Assembly: GCF_963921235.1 (NCBI RefSeq) | Contig: NC_086097.1 | Location: 164,736,001-164,800,000, forward strand | Source: Mobula hypostoma | Lineage: Eukaryota | Length of the DNA stretch: 64,000 nt | Direction of reading: 5' to 3' | Part shown: piece after piece, positions 39,240-52,505 of the stretch | Layout: each line of letters opens with the position of its first letter | Position numbering within the stretch: the stretch's first letter is position 1 | Notes under the pieces: generated by a model | The model's database searches: none | What the model was told of the DNA's origin: nothing | Seen by the model: the letters and a program-made list of their open reading frames with translations, nothing else | Position numbers and translations under genes: made by a program

Positions 39240-39620
39240 GACTCCGTTCACTCTCACCTCTGAGTTAAGTAAGCAGTGGGTTCAGATCTCACCTGTGTGT
39301 GAAAATCCAGATTATTACTCCAGTGCAGCACCAAGGCCCCGTGTGTTTTTCTTTGGATAAGCTGTTAAAATATGGCTTTGCAAACAGGTGTAAAATATCC
39401 TCTGATACTATTTGGGGGAAAAAGCAGGGAGCTATCCCTGTATGCTAGTCAATTAGCTATGCTGAAAACAGATTCTCTGCTCATTATCGTGTTTCTGCTT
39501 TTGAGATGATTCTGTGTACAAAAAGGCTTCTTATTACAGAAGAGCTGCACTTGAAATGTTAAAGCCATTTAAGGATTTTTACGGTGTCACGGTGCTATAT
39601 AAGTACACGTCAGTCTTTTG
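39240..39620 (+). mobile_element. Ancient Deu-domain SINE-like relic (similar relics near 300-435 and 46225-46500)
   Basis: Degenerate match to recalled SacSINE1/AmnSINE-type text (tgtaaaatatcc...actattt...gcagggag...ggtgctatataagtaca). Confidence 0.45.
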
Positions 39621-42174
39621 TGCTTATAGTCATATGTGCCTGCATTGCAATACTTAAAAAATTTTACTTTAGTATTGCTTTGATTTCAGAATTAGAAATT
39701 TGTTAAAGTTCTTACATGTGTTGGTATCTATGAATATTCTTTCCTGGTTGAAGTATTCTCCTACTCAATGTAAAAAAAAAATCTGAGCTTCTCAGGTTAA
39801 CATATTTCATGCAATGTTCAAATGGCCAGGGATTTGTCCATCCTTGGGGTAAGAGACCAGACCTTTTCACAATAATCCAGATGTTAGTAGAGCAAACTAT
39901 TTCTTCTTTTTCTCTCAAATTTTCTTGTACTTACCCTCCTGATTGCTTGCTGCACGTACATACAATTTGCCTTCCTCAGGGTTTCCCAAGTGCTTTAAAG
40001 CAAGTGAAGTGTTTTCAACAATTGCTCAGAACCTTAAGTGAATTTCCCCTCCTGACCATAAGCATTGAAATTAGGATGCATGCAGTGTGCTAAAATAGTA
40101 GGTAAAAACAGCATCTTTGGGTCCAATTAATCATTGAGTAAAGCCACTGAGCTTTCACAATGAGTTGATTTTTTTTTATTCTTGTTCTTCTTGGGAAGCA
40201 GTGATGGCAAGACAGGAAAGAGGTAGCAAAGTAGAGGGGATCAGGAAACGGCTACAGGCAGGTGCGAGCAGTAAGAATTGAGGTGGTAAATCTGGCAGCC
40301 ATCTGATGGAATTAAAATTAGCTCGAGAGTGAGTGAGTTTGCACGTAGTAAGGAGAAATATGCCAGTCGTAAATGAATCCTTTTTCCCCTATAAGGGAGC
40401 ATCTTGACTCTCTGAAGCTGCTATTGTTTTATGCCTAGGACATTAATAGAAAAAAACAGACTATTATTTAGAAGCCAGCAGGGTTGAGATTTCTGGAATT
40501 TTGAGAGGTACTCTTTGGGTGGTGGATAAAGAGTGAATTGGTGGGGGTAAAGTAGATAGAAGAAATCTATCCCATGACTAAATTAATAATTGGAGATTTT
40601 TTCAAAGTCAAAGTTAAGACACGTAAATAGAATACATACAGATCAGCCAAGATCTCATTAAGTGGCTGTACAATGAGCTGTCCTTGTTCCTATGCCCCAG
40701 TTAGATTGATAGCAAATTTATATTTTCAAAGTTTATGCTGAAACTTTATTTAATTTAGGATCAAACCAAATAATATTATTCCCTCCAACAATCTCACAAT
40801 AATGGGGTTAGAGTCGGCAGTCCCATATGAATCAGAGTATTGTATAATATCACCCCCACCCCCCCCAGGTCTCAGAGTATGGCTGATTAGTGAGGTTTCA
40901 TCATCATAATGCACACTCATAAAATCAGATCTTAAAGGGAAGGTTTTCATAAACGCTGAAACAAATGGGGTCCTGTGACCAGTACTCAGAGTACAGAATC
41001 AGCATTGGTATAGATCAGCACTGCATCTGAAGGGTAGGAATTGTTATAAACAGTCCACCAGTTTATATCGCTCTCAGTGTAACCTTTTGTTTAAATTTTG
41101 TTAACAAATGTTCTAAATATTATAATGTACAAAATAATATCACTGGTTCAATTTAATATCAAAGAATGTAAACAACGTACAACCTGAAATTCTTACTCTT
41201 CACGGACATCCACGAAACAGAGAAAGAAACCCAAAGAACGAATGAGAGAAAGCATTAGAACCCCAAAGGCCCCTTCCTCCCATGGACAAACAGCAGCAAA
41301 AGCATTAACTCTCCCCCCACTTGCTCTAGCAAAAGCATCAAACCCCACCACCCACCATGCAAGCAATAGTAAAGACCTCAAAGAGACTATGATCTAGAGT
41401 CCATCCCAACACTTCGATATCTCGGACAGGCTCTCTCTCTCACCAGTGAGAGACAGAGATATCACTCCTGCAACAAGAAGGGGGGAAACCAGCAGCTAGC
41501 TATTTCGATGTTACAGTCTGCTGCATCACTTCTCTGAGTTCTCCAACTCGAGGACCAACAGACTCTCACTCACCATCAAGGGAGAGAGAGAGATCGCTTG
41601 AGTGCAAGGGCCTTCCAACAGCAGCACACACTCCTACTGCCTGGATGTTTCAATCTGCGTAACGCTTCAGTCAGTGACGTCAGCGAGAAACCGTGTCACC
41701 CACTGAAGGTGCAAGTCTTCCAGGCCGCACCTGGAGATATCAAAACGTCAGGCTGCATGGCAAATCAGAGAAGAAGAGCTCACTGCCCATTGAGAGCTGC
41801 AGCTGTAGATCGCAGACTCTGACTAGACCCTAGCCACCTTGAAAGGAAAGGAAAGACATGAAAAAGGACAAAGAAGAAACTTTTTCACAGACAGACTGGA
41901 AGATGGCACCTGGGTCTGCAATAACCTCTGGTGCCATAATATATGTGAAAAGCTACATTTCCTCTTCCTAGCTTAATCTCATTTTCAGGTTTGAAAATAT
42001 TTTGAAAACAATTGTTACTAGTGCATAGTATTCAGCATTGATACTTGATCCTTCAGGTTCATCATGCTCCTGCTTCCTTGTAAACTCCCACCTTTGCTCC
42101 AAACTTGACCACCATTAGTGGATACTGACTGAAAATCCTATTCAAGTTCGATCCCTTCTAAAAGTAAGCCGTAA

Positions 42175-42500
42175 ATTGGTATGGTGATTAAAATACTAGA
42201 CCAACAGTCAAAGTTGTGGATCACAGATCCAGAGGCATAAATTTGAATCCAGCATTGCAGCTACTGAATTTAAATGAACAGAAATTATATAAATTGGAAT
42301 TAATTAAATAGCTAGTTTTGGTAACATTAAGCACAAACTGCTGGATTGTTGTGTAAACCCATCTTGTGTGCTAACATTGTTCAAGGAAGAAAGTCTACCG
42401 TCCTTACTTATGTGTTACTCCAAATCTATAAACATATGCAACCCTTTACTGCCTCTTCAATTAGAGATGGACTATAAATGCAATTGATAGTCATGTCCAC
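42175..42500 (+). mobile_element. Degenerate tRNA-derived SINE with L2-like tail
   Basis: ggattgttgtgtaaacccatcttg...aaggaagaaagtctaccgtccttac...caattagagatggactataaatg resembles recalled shark SINE text. Confidence 0.4.
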
Positions 42501-44149
42501 ATTTGTGGACCAATAAACTATAAAAACTCGCAATATTTGTAATTGGAGGTTAAGACTGGTTAGCTTGTGAGACTAAGAGTCTGTGGGATGTATTCATTTG
42601 TTACATTTAGACAAATTTCAGGGAGGTCTGATGAGATCATTAAATTTCCATTCTTCCACAAACAAAAAAAAAGATACCACAGATTAAAGTTGGGCAGCTT
42701 TTAAATTGCTAGTCACCAGATCCGTAAGTATTCTAACCACCACCAAACCCAAGCCACCAGAGTTGGTTTCATTAGCCTGACTGGCACGAATGACCTAGTA
42801 CAGTGGGAGAAAGATAAAGGATAGGTTGTCATTACAAGAAAAACTATAGCAAATCAGAATGATAGATGCTTCAGCATTCACGCTCTGCCTTAAACTGAAT
42901 TTTGTCTCAAGCATATCCTGTCGGGAATTCAGTGAAGACTTCTATATATAGAATGTGGAACATTATGCCATAAATTGTTGTCAAGGTGAATAGCATAGCT
43001 TCAGGAAACTAGGTAAGCATCTTTGGAATATGAATAGGAAGATGCGTTGATGCAATTAGCTGAAGTAAAGGAGGAAGCTCAAGTGGAGTACACATATTCA
43101 TTTGAAATTCTTAGGTGAAATATCTTTTTCTGCACTATAACTTCATTTCATGCAAGCACCTTCTGCGGTGCCAAGCATGAGTTGTCCAGTTACTTTGCAT
43201 ACTATGTCTTCCTACAGTATTATTGTCCACTTCCAAAGGAATCGATACTTTATGTGGACGGTCCTCCACCTTTGCTGGTTGCCTCATAATTTACCAGATT
43301 TTTCTATTAGAAGAGTGGAATTCACTTCATATGTGCTGCAGGCAAGGATTCCAATATGACTGACATATTTTATTTGATTGTGGATAATGACAAGAAATTG
43401 CAGCTAAACGGGCTATCCCAGAAAGAGGATCAAGCTGCTGCAGACCCACAGAGGGGTCACTACTCTCTGGACTGAAGTTGAAATCATCATTATCACATTG
43501 AAATTAGAGAAAGCTTTAGGGTTGTATACCTTTCTGTAATTACAAATACTATCTATTTCTGTCCATGTAATGTTTTCACCTGATATTTACAGTTGATTAT
43601 TTTGTTATTTTCTATATATAAAGTATACTACAGTTTACTGATAAACTGATACAAATCTTTGTATAATCGCAACAGTTCAATTTGCAAATAAGTGTTGCCA
43701 CAAAAGCTATGGGAACCTCCACTGTTGACCAGTTGTGCTTTTGTCAGCTGGTCGTCAATTTCATTTAGATCCATAGTAAATTAGTAAAACTCTGTTACAT
43801 CCAATGCAATAAACAAGAGGCTCTTGGATACAGTCATGAGCTTCTTTTGTTAACTGATTTTCTGTCTGTTGACAATTAGCAGAGGCCACAAAAGGATTAA
43901 CGTGCTATCTCAATAGTTTGCCTCTGTGGGAAAGCTCTCTTCCTGTAACGGTTAATGAGGAAAGTTTGCAAGCCCTGACATGTTGCCAAGTATCTTTCTC
44001 TTACGTTCAGGGAGCATCATGGGCCATTGCTACATAGAACCTTCAGAAGCCTATTCTTTATTAATTACCCTTGTTTAATAATAACTGTTTCAATATGTAA
44101 CTTTGCTGTTTACCTTGTCTTATCTTTTTCTCCTATCTGTTCTACCCAG

Positions 44150-44188
44150 AGCCAAACTCTCTTACTAACCACCCCTTGGGGACTCTAA
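44150..44188 (+). CDS. SOGA1: SOGA1/MTCL2 proximal alternative terminal exon, coding part SQTLLLTTPWGL*
   Basis: Long pyrimidine tract ending tctacccag|AGC CAA ACT CTC TTA CTA ACC ACC CCT TGG GGA CTC TAA; phase 0; resembles the human SOGA1 isoform end NQTVLLTAPWGL* (recalled). Confidence 0.85.
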   Translation, partial: SQTLLLTTPWGL

Positions 44189-44571
44189 CCCTGCCTGCCT
44201 CACTACTGTAAGTTTTATGTTTCCAACCTTGGTGCTGTTCTGACTGTCCATTATAGAAGCTTTTGGCAGAGCGATTCATGCTTGTAGGTTTAAAAACAAG
44301 TTGCTTCTTTTTATTGCGTAGATGCCAGACCTTGTGCTTCGTAGTCAAGTTTGTCATTGCCACGTGCTCTTAAGTTTTATTTTCGGATGCATGGCATTTG
44401 ATAGGCTGAGAGTAAAGTTAGCGTAATGTAAACCATGAGACGGTACTGTGTCTCTGGAACCTGGATGCACTTCATGTGGATGCCATCATACTGTTCTTTC
44501 TCACTCAATGCTGGTAAATATGTGTCTTAAATTCTGTAGTTATCTTCAGAGTGCATCTATCCAGACCTCAG

Positions 44572-44577
44572 AATAAA
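44572..44577 (+). promoter_or_regulatory. Candidate polyadenylation signal for the proximal terminal exon
   Basis: AATAAA about 385 nt after the TAA at 44188; no transcript evidence. Confidence 0.3.
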
Positions 44578-45414
44578 GCCAGTCTACGTAGTTTCTCTTG
44601 ACAATATGTATTACATATATTTACCAGCTAACGATGGAATATTGGATGTGGCTTTGCAACTCTAGTGAAATAAGCACAAATTCCATGACTACAAGAATTC
44701 CATCAGCCCACATCAGCCTATGTTAGTGAGCCCTAACCATTTCAAATCTGGAGATCCTGTACCATGTTCCAAACTGCTCTAGCATCATCACATTAGGTCA
44801 TGCTGACATCATGGTCATGGCCTCACTGAAATGGAAGTTATGAACTCTATAGCTATCTGGTGCAACCAGGGGTTCAAAGGACTAGTTACTTATGAGTTCA
44901 AGACTTCTGGAGCATTAGTTCAAGTCAATCTCCAAGTTAATTTATTTGAGACCTACTGAGAGAGTCACAACTCCCCCTGAAGTTCATCTTCTTTTGGAAG
45001 GACCATGGAGAATAATTCTGCTTTCCTCTCCAATCCTGGAAATGGGAGTGCAAGAGGTGGAACCCTAATGAAGTTGGGTTCTGGCTGATATGGCAGCTTC
45101 TTTGATGGTGGCTGCCACATCTTCCACTCACAGCTAAGAAAAAAAAAATGTTTTCAAGTTTGTATTTGTTGATTGGCTTCCACAGGGAGCAGTGTGTTTC
45201 CATCTCACCCATGCTGTACCATCCTAGAATGCTTGCTCATCTCTCTGCACATAAAGCATAAACATCTTCTCAGCTTCAATCCTAAACATAATCACTTCAA
45301 ATCATCAGAGTGAAGAGCAGTTCCCTGCTTGACAAGCTAGCTGAGACAAAGAATGATATTTCTGTCAGTAGCACAGGGTTTTATTTTTTAACACATTATT
45401 AATATCTTTTCTAA

Positions 45415-46185
45415 ACACAAGAGATTCTGTAGATGCTGGAAATCCAGAGCAACACACACAAAATGCTGGAGGAAGTCATTAGGCCAGGCAGTATCTATGA
45501 AAGGAATAAACAGTCGACCTTTCAGTTCGAGACCCTTCATCAGGACTGGAAAAGAAGGGGAAGGAAAGAAGCCAGAATATGAAGGTGGCGAAGGGGAAGG
45601 AGCACAGGCTAAAAGATGATAGGTGATAACAGGTGTGTGGGTGGGGAGGATGAATTAAGAAGATGGGAGGTGATAAGTGGTAAAGGTAAAGAGCTGGAGA
45701 AGAAGCAATCCAATAGAGGAGGAGAGTGGACTATGGGAGCAGGGGTGAAAGGGGAGGGGTACCGGGGGTGGGGGTGATAGGCAGGTGAGAAGAAGAGTAG
45801 AAGTAAAAGGGGAGCCAGAGTGGAGAAAGAAAGAAGGAGGTGGGAATTACTGGAATTTAAAGGAGGCCGTGGACTGGCATGTCATAATGGGAATGAGGAT
45901 TGGAATTAAAATGTTTTGCCACTGGGAAATGCTGCTTTTTGTGGATGGAGCAAAAGTGCTCGACAAAGAAGTCCCCCAGTTGAGTCTCCCCAATGTCTAG
46001 GAGGCCACACCGGGAGCACTGGATACAGTAGATGACCCCTACAGACTTACAGGTGATGTATTGCCTCACCTGAAAGGACTGTTTGGGGCCCTGAATGGAG
46101 GTGAGGGAAGAGGTGAATGGGCAGACATAGCACTTCTTCCGTTTGCAGGGTTAAGTGGCGGGAGAGAGATCAGTGGGGGGATTTG
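45415..46185 (-). mobile_element. Penelope-like element 3' fragment (GIY-YIG remnant and tail)
   Basis: ORF 45857-46069 VIYCIQCSRCGLLDIGET...FPVAKHFNS; same tail family as 19390-20140. Confidence 0.88.
45511..45548 (-). ncRNA. Minimal hammerhead ribozyme motif, weakened stem II
   Basis: Minus strand CAGTC-CTGATGA-AGGGTCTCGAACT-GAAA-GGTC-GACTG. Confidence 0.55.
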
Positions 46186-47254
46186 TTTTCTTAGATGTGT
46201 CAGCCTAGGTTTGGCTGGTGATGTTGCAAAGGAGTTGAGGATTCCAATTATGGGTTACAAATTCAAGCCCCACTTTAGATGTGAGGGCCTTAACCAAATT
46301 TACATCGTTATGTTACAGTAGGAATGCTCCAGCGTCAGAGGTACTGTCCTTTAGATTAAATATGATTGTCAGAGCACCAAACCCATCCTCGTATGTTCTT
46401 ATTTGAACAATTGCATCAGTGCCCTGATCACATATTCATTCTACAGCGACCATCATCAAAAATAGGTCATTGAATCATTGGGTAAACCAGTTGAGGTAAT
46501 TTTGACACTTGGCTATGTTTACCTTTCTTGCTACATTGTCTGTACAATAGTAGTAGGCATTGCCAATAAAAAAAATGGGAAATCAAATACATCTTTCTCG
46601 ATTGCTTCACTTCCTACCCTTTATCCTAGCCTCAATTAACCCCTAGGTATGAAAACTGGTGAGGCAAGTTGCCTGTCATTAATATTTATTTGGTTTGCTG
46701 CCAGCACCAGACATTAGGTCTGTTAAAGTTGCCTGAAGACCAAGCTCCACATGTCCTCAGGCTCAATGTAAGGTTCATATCCGTATATGCTCCTGCATTT
46801 TCAAAAGTTTCAAAAAGGATGGTCATAAAGGTAAGGTATAAAGCAAAACAAATGTTGGAAATCAGAGGCAATAAACCATCGTAAGTCTGAAACCTGAACT
46901 GTTTCTTCTACAGATTCTGCCTGAGCTGCTGCATCTTTCCAGCATTTACTGTTTTTTATTCCATTTTCCATACCTATAGTTTATATAACCATTGATTATT
47001 CTTTAATCAAGATTTTCTTCCAGCCTTTTAAATATTTTCAAGTTTTTTTAAATTCTTGAATGTGCACGAGGTTTTGTTTAGTGATTTTAGGACAATTACA
47101 TTTTAAGCTATAGACGATTTGTTCTTGGGTCATCCTTCTGTATATTTGCAGAGATGATTTTGCATTGCACTTGCAGATTCTATTAGTGACGTTGCTGCTC
47201 AGGTGTAATGTTCCAAGCGACTTACTGTAATTGGAAGATAATTGGGAAAAAGCG

Positions 47255-47455
47255 GATGCTGAAAATCAGAAGTAAAAACACAAAATACTGGAGTTACTCA
47301 ACTGGTCAGACAGCATCTGTGGAGACAGAAACGATATCAACATGTCAGGTTGATAATCTTTCATCTTGCCTACTCTGATGTAAAGGTAATTATTAGCACT
47401 GTCTCTGTCCACAGTTTCTCCCTGACCTGCTGAGTATGTCCATTATTTTCTGTCT
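47255..47455. repeat. Degenerate palindromic pair of old Penelope-tail-like repeats
   Basis: aaaatactggagttactcaactggtcagacagcatctgtggagacag ... ctgtctctgtccacag...ctgacctgctgagtatgtccattatttt form inverted arms. Confidence 0.5.
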
Positions 47456-50400
47456 CTAATTAAAACGTAATTCCTTCATTATAGACCATGTATAATGAAG
47501 TCTATAATGGTCTACATTATAGACCTCTACAGGGTCTCCACCCAAAATGTCTACTAATCGTTTGCCTTTGCAGATGCCTGACCCCAGACTTCCTCCAGCA
47601 ACTCTGTGCCTTTGGTTAAAAAGTAAAAGAAGAGAAAGCTGCTGAAGGAACTCAGCGGGGGTGGGGGGGGGTGGTTGGTGGAAGATGGGGATCTGAACAT
47701 GGGCTTGGGCCAAATTGTCAACCGTCCCTTTGCCTCCACAGATGCTGCTTTTTTTTGTTTGTTTTTAATCGTGTATCCCCAGTGAGCAAAAGATAAATGA
47801 AATTATGCAGATAAATTGTTTCAGGAAGGGAATAAAAAACTCAGTTAAACTTGCAGATAGCAGGGATAAAGCAGTTGTTTACAAGCAAGATATAAACTGC
47901 TAAGAGATTTAAAATAGGGGTAGATGCAACATCTTTTGAGTTGGATCAATATTCCTGATTGAAAGCTTATGGTGCCAGGTTACACCATATCAAGAAGCAT
48001 CTTGCAAATTCATGGCAAGATTCAACTTAGGCTTGGGGACTTCGAAATTATTGTTGACTAGTAGACATTAAAATGACAGCATTCCTCACCAGGTTCATAA
48101 CTGAATGTATAATCCAGCTCTCTTAATTAGCAACAGGGGACTTGTAAATATTAAGCACATTTTAGCTGGCATTTCAGAATTTTGTAATTTTTGGGGCTCA
48201 TTTGTATGTCCATAAGCCCTGTGTCCATAATCCAGGGACTGCCTGTTCATTTCTATTTCAGAAGCTCTTAGTAAATAATAAAAATGTATTCTCATATGAG
48301 AGGATCACAGCCAAGATCTTCTCTGATTGAATAATATATCATTAAGAGTTTTGGCAAAGTAAAGGATGCAGGAACCATTCCAATTTTTGCTGGTTTCATA
48401 TTTCTGGCCATTCTAGTATGTAAACTGCAGCTGTTCCCTTTTACAAAGAAAGTGTAATTCAAATCGGTCCAAACGTAAGTATTATTTCAGATATAATAGT
48501 AAATACATTATCTTTAATTTGTGTGCCATGCTTGCAAACACTTGATACATGATACAACAAAAACTGGAATTTGTTACCCTATTTCTTATGTTTGTAGCAA
48601 TAGAAAACTAGCATGGTGCATCTTCCCCTGACTTGGAACTTCAGCATAGATGTTGGTTATCTCCAAATGGCACACACACAAATTATTGCGAATTTAGACA
48701 AATATCATAGAAACAGAAATATAGGACTTTTTCAATATTTGACAGTGGCATTCAGAAAGACCTGGTGTTCAATCCATAACTGTGAAAGAGAATATCACGG
48801 TGATGCACTTTGCCATTGAAAATGCAATTATTGCTTAAACATCTTAGCGTAAAACTATGGGTGTTGCCCTACAGTTGAAGTAAGCATCTTTTTAAAAAGG
48901 AATTTGCCAAAATGCTTTTTTTTTTGCAGAAGTAACCTGCCTTGAAATATTTATTAGCATTTTTAAGCAAGATTGACACTATCACATTGCATTGAAAATT
49001 TTAAAAATGTATATTAAGTAATAAAGAGTCTGTGTCTCTAATTTCAGCACAGCTGCAGAAAGTACTTAACCCACTGATAATGTGTGGTACCCTCCAGCAC
49101 TCTTAGAATGTAGTCTTTTCCAAAATTTGAGTTTCAAACAATAACATATTGGTTTGATTAAAAAAACTTTTTCCAAGTACAAATTAGGGATCTTAAATAT
49201 TGCTTTTGATTTGTAATTTAGCCATTTCATTTTGCTTGATGATTTAACATATTATGTTTAAAGAGAAACACAGCCTGCTTAAGACCAGTTTGGATTTAAT
49301 TTAGAAAAATGTGAATTTGGCACACTCCGATACGCATTTCGAGGGTTTAAGCCATGCCATCCTTTTGAAATCTACAGTACTCAATCTGTTCCACTGTTTG
49401 TTCTGCCTGAGGTTTTCTGCCACACAAAGCTGTTGATAGCTACAGGTGACCGAATTTTAGTGTTGGATGTTTAATTTTAATTTACCTTTGTGCAGGTTTA
49501 AGGTTATCTATCAATTAGTTATTCGTTCTAATCAATCAAATGTGATCTGTGTCCTCAAGCTCCCTGATTTTCATGAATGGTACGTGGTCTCTTTTTGTCT
49601 GTCATGTATGGTCCTGAACAGTTTATTTGAATGGAAAGGTATTGAATTAATCAAATTAAGATCAGAAGCAGTAGGTGGCTTTAGGATGGAGGAACAGATA
49701 ATTGGCTTTCAATGGCTGTAATTTAGATTTTGCTTGGTGGAATAAAATGGACAGCAGCAAATGATAAAGCTTGGAGTTTTCACTTTGATTGAATTCTCAG
49801 CAGCTGGTATCCAGGGAGATGTACAGCATGGAACTTCATGGATATGGTCAATTTTAATCTGTAGCCTAAAACTATTCTTGCCTCCAGTACGTTAAGCTGA
49901 CACCAGAAGGACAGGCATGTAGTGTGTATTTATCTCTTTTTTTTCATTTTCATGATTGCTGGCACAGGAAGCTCATTTTCTCAAAGTTATTGTCTCCTTA
50001 TGGTGGGTGCCCCTGAGACACCTTCGGTAGCAAGGCCCAAGGCTCTGATCCAAGAACACCAAAGGAATGTGTATGTAAGTCCAAGTCAGGAAGCTATAAT
50101 CCAGAGAACATCACAGACATAGTATTCATATGCTCCTGCTGTCGATTTCCCTCTGTGTAATGGTTTAAGAGGAACTGCTAAATAAGCCTAGGTGAGTTAT
50201 TGCAGTGCATGCTGCAACCCCAGAGTGGTAGTGGTGCAGGAGCTGGATACTCAAAAAGGTAAATGGCAGATCAATTCCTGACACCTGAAGACATACAGCT
50301 TCTTCAGTTTTCAAGACATGAAATTTCTGCATTCATTTTCAGAGTATTTTAGTCCCTGAAGGACATCTGGAGAATGCTCAGAAATTTCTAACATAATAAG

Positions 50401-51732
50401 ACATAGGAGCAGAATTAGCCCATTTCACCTATCGAGTCTGCTCCGCCATTTGATCATGGCTGATTTATTTTCCTTTTCAAACCCATTCTCCTGCCTTTTT
50501 CCCATTACCCTTGACCCCCTTACTAATCAAGAACCTATAAGTCGCCATTTTAAATATACCCATTTGCTTGCCTAACATATCAGATATTGTCAAATCAAAA
50601 TGAGTAGATTTGCTCCATGGTAGTAACAAAGGGTTAGAGACATGAGCGTATGAATTACGAGACCAATGTGGTTCACGGTACTCCAGATGAGATCTCATCA
50701 TAACCTATATATCCATATCATAACCCCTCTGTTTTTGTCTTCAGTTCTCCTATCAATTAACAAGAACATAGTGTTAGCTTTCCTAATTACTTGCTGCACC
50801 TGCGTATAGGCTGTTGGCAAATCATTCACAAGCACACCCTGATCCCTTTGGATCTCAGACATCTGCATTCCCTTACCATTCAGGTAATTAGTTATATTTA
50901 CTTTTCTTTCTGAACGCTAAAGATGAATTCTTGAAATCTCAGTCTAACTCCTCATGGGCCTTGCATCTTAATTGTCTACCAGTACTGCACTTTGTAACTA
51001 TAGCACAGTATCTGCTTTCTGTTATTGTTTTTTTCTAATTTGCACTACCTTATGTATAGAATAATCTGTTTAGATGGCATGCAAAGAAGGCTTTTCACTG
51101 TCTCTCATTACACATGACAGTAATAAATCACTTACCAATTTCTATTATACTAATCACATATCAGTTGTTCACACTGCTTAATCTGTGACCACCGAATCAA
51201 TAAAATACACCATATAGAAGCCACCATGTCAGACAGTTACTTTAATTCTCTTCCCTTTAATTATACATACAATGTCATATACAATAGGACATCAAAGGTG
51301 TACTCTCAATATTTGTCATATCTTCCCTGTAGTATCAGGACTGACATTTCACCTTTGACATCTATCTTAGAATGTATGGCTTAGAAATATTGCACATTTC
51401 AGGTTGGTTTAGAGTGAAACAAAAAAGAAACAGCCGGAGGAACTATCTCCCTCTACAAGTGTTATCTGACTTCCTGACTTCCTCCGGCAGTTACTTTTTG
51501 TTCCAGAGTCTAGCAACTGCTGTCTCTTGTGCCTCTAGATTGAAGCTTGGATTTACTTTGGAACTATCTTGGTTATTTTCTCAACCCTGACTATCAACAA
51601 TTTTTTTTTCCAGAAACTACAATAGAAATATTTTCCCTTTCATGTCATTCTTTTCTCAGGAAGGATAGTTTATAGTTAAACAGAATCATTAATTGGCAAA
51701 AGTACAACGGTAACGGTAATTATTAAGTACCG

Positions 51733-51983
51733 AGACCATGGATCTGCGCCTGGAAAGTCTTCAAGGCACAGGCCTGGGCAAGGTTGTATGGAAGACCAGC
51801 AGTCCCCTCTCCACGACAGCAGTGTTGTCCAAGGGAAGAGCATTAGGACCCATACAGCTTGGCACCAGTGTGATGTGTGATTAAGTGCCTTGTTCAAGGA
51901 CACAACACGTTGCCTCGGCTGGGGCTCGAACTCACAACCTTCAGGTCGCTAGTCCAATGCCTTAACCACTTGGCCACGTGCCC
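51733..51983 (-). mobile_element. tRNA-derived SINE
   Basis: Minus strand gggcacgTGGCCAAGTGGttaagg (A box) ... GTTCGAGCC (B box), followed by the body gtgtccttgaacaaggcacttaa. Confidence 0.8.
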
Positions 51984-52227
51984 AATAAGTACCAATCACA
52001 ATGGAAAATGTTTAGGTTTTAGATTTCAGCGTTGTGGACATTCTGGGATATTTTTACTTTCAGTTCCCCTGCATTACAGACATTACAGATACCCCAGCAC
52101 AAAAGCAGCTGTTTGAATCTGAAATAAAACCTAAACATGCTGGAAATGCTTAGCAACCCAGACAGCCTCCATGGAGAGAAACATTTCAACTAAGGAATCT
52201 TTCAACAAGAGGAAGTCATCACCCAGA

Positions 52228-52505
52228 ACCATGGTAGCATAGTGGTTAGCACCATGCTATCACGGTTGGGAGTGTTTCCAGAGTTCAGTTCGGCGCTGTT
52301 CTGTAAGGAGTCTCTATACGTCCTCCCCGTGAGAGGTCCTGGGTTTTCTCTGGGTCCTCCAGTTTCCTCCCGCAGTCCAAAGAATTGTAAATTGTCCCAT
52401 GATTAGGTGAGGGTTAATCGGGTCTGTCGGGGGTTGCTGGGGCGGCGTGGCTCAAAGGGTCAGAAGGGCCAACTCCGTGTTGTGTGGCTAAGTAAATAAA
52501 ATAAA
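52228..52505 (+). mobile_element. V-SINE-type (HE1-like) tRNA-derived SINE
   Basis: tagcatagtggttagc head; V-domain-like cctccccgtg...gggttttctctgggtcctccagtttcctcccgcagtccaaaga; aataaa tail. Confidence 0.7.

Noticed and set aside
41170..41900. Repeat-like segments at 41.2-41.9 kb and 55.4-55.9 kb
   Set aside because: They are probably interspersed repeats, but I cannot assign a family or boundaries from the sequence alone.
51910..51983. Possible tRNA gene on the minus strand
   Set aside because: A and B boxes are present, but the acceptor stem does not pair and the sequence runs into a SINE body.
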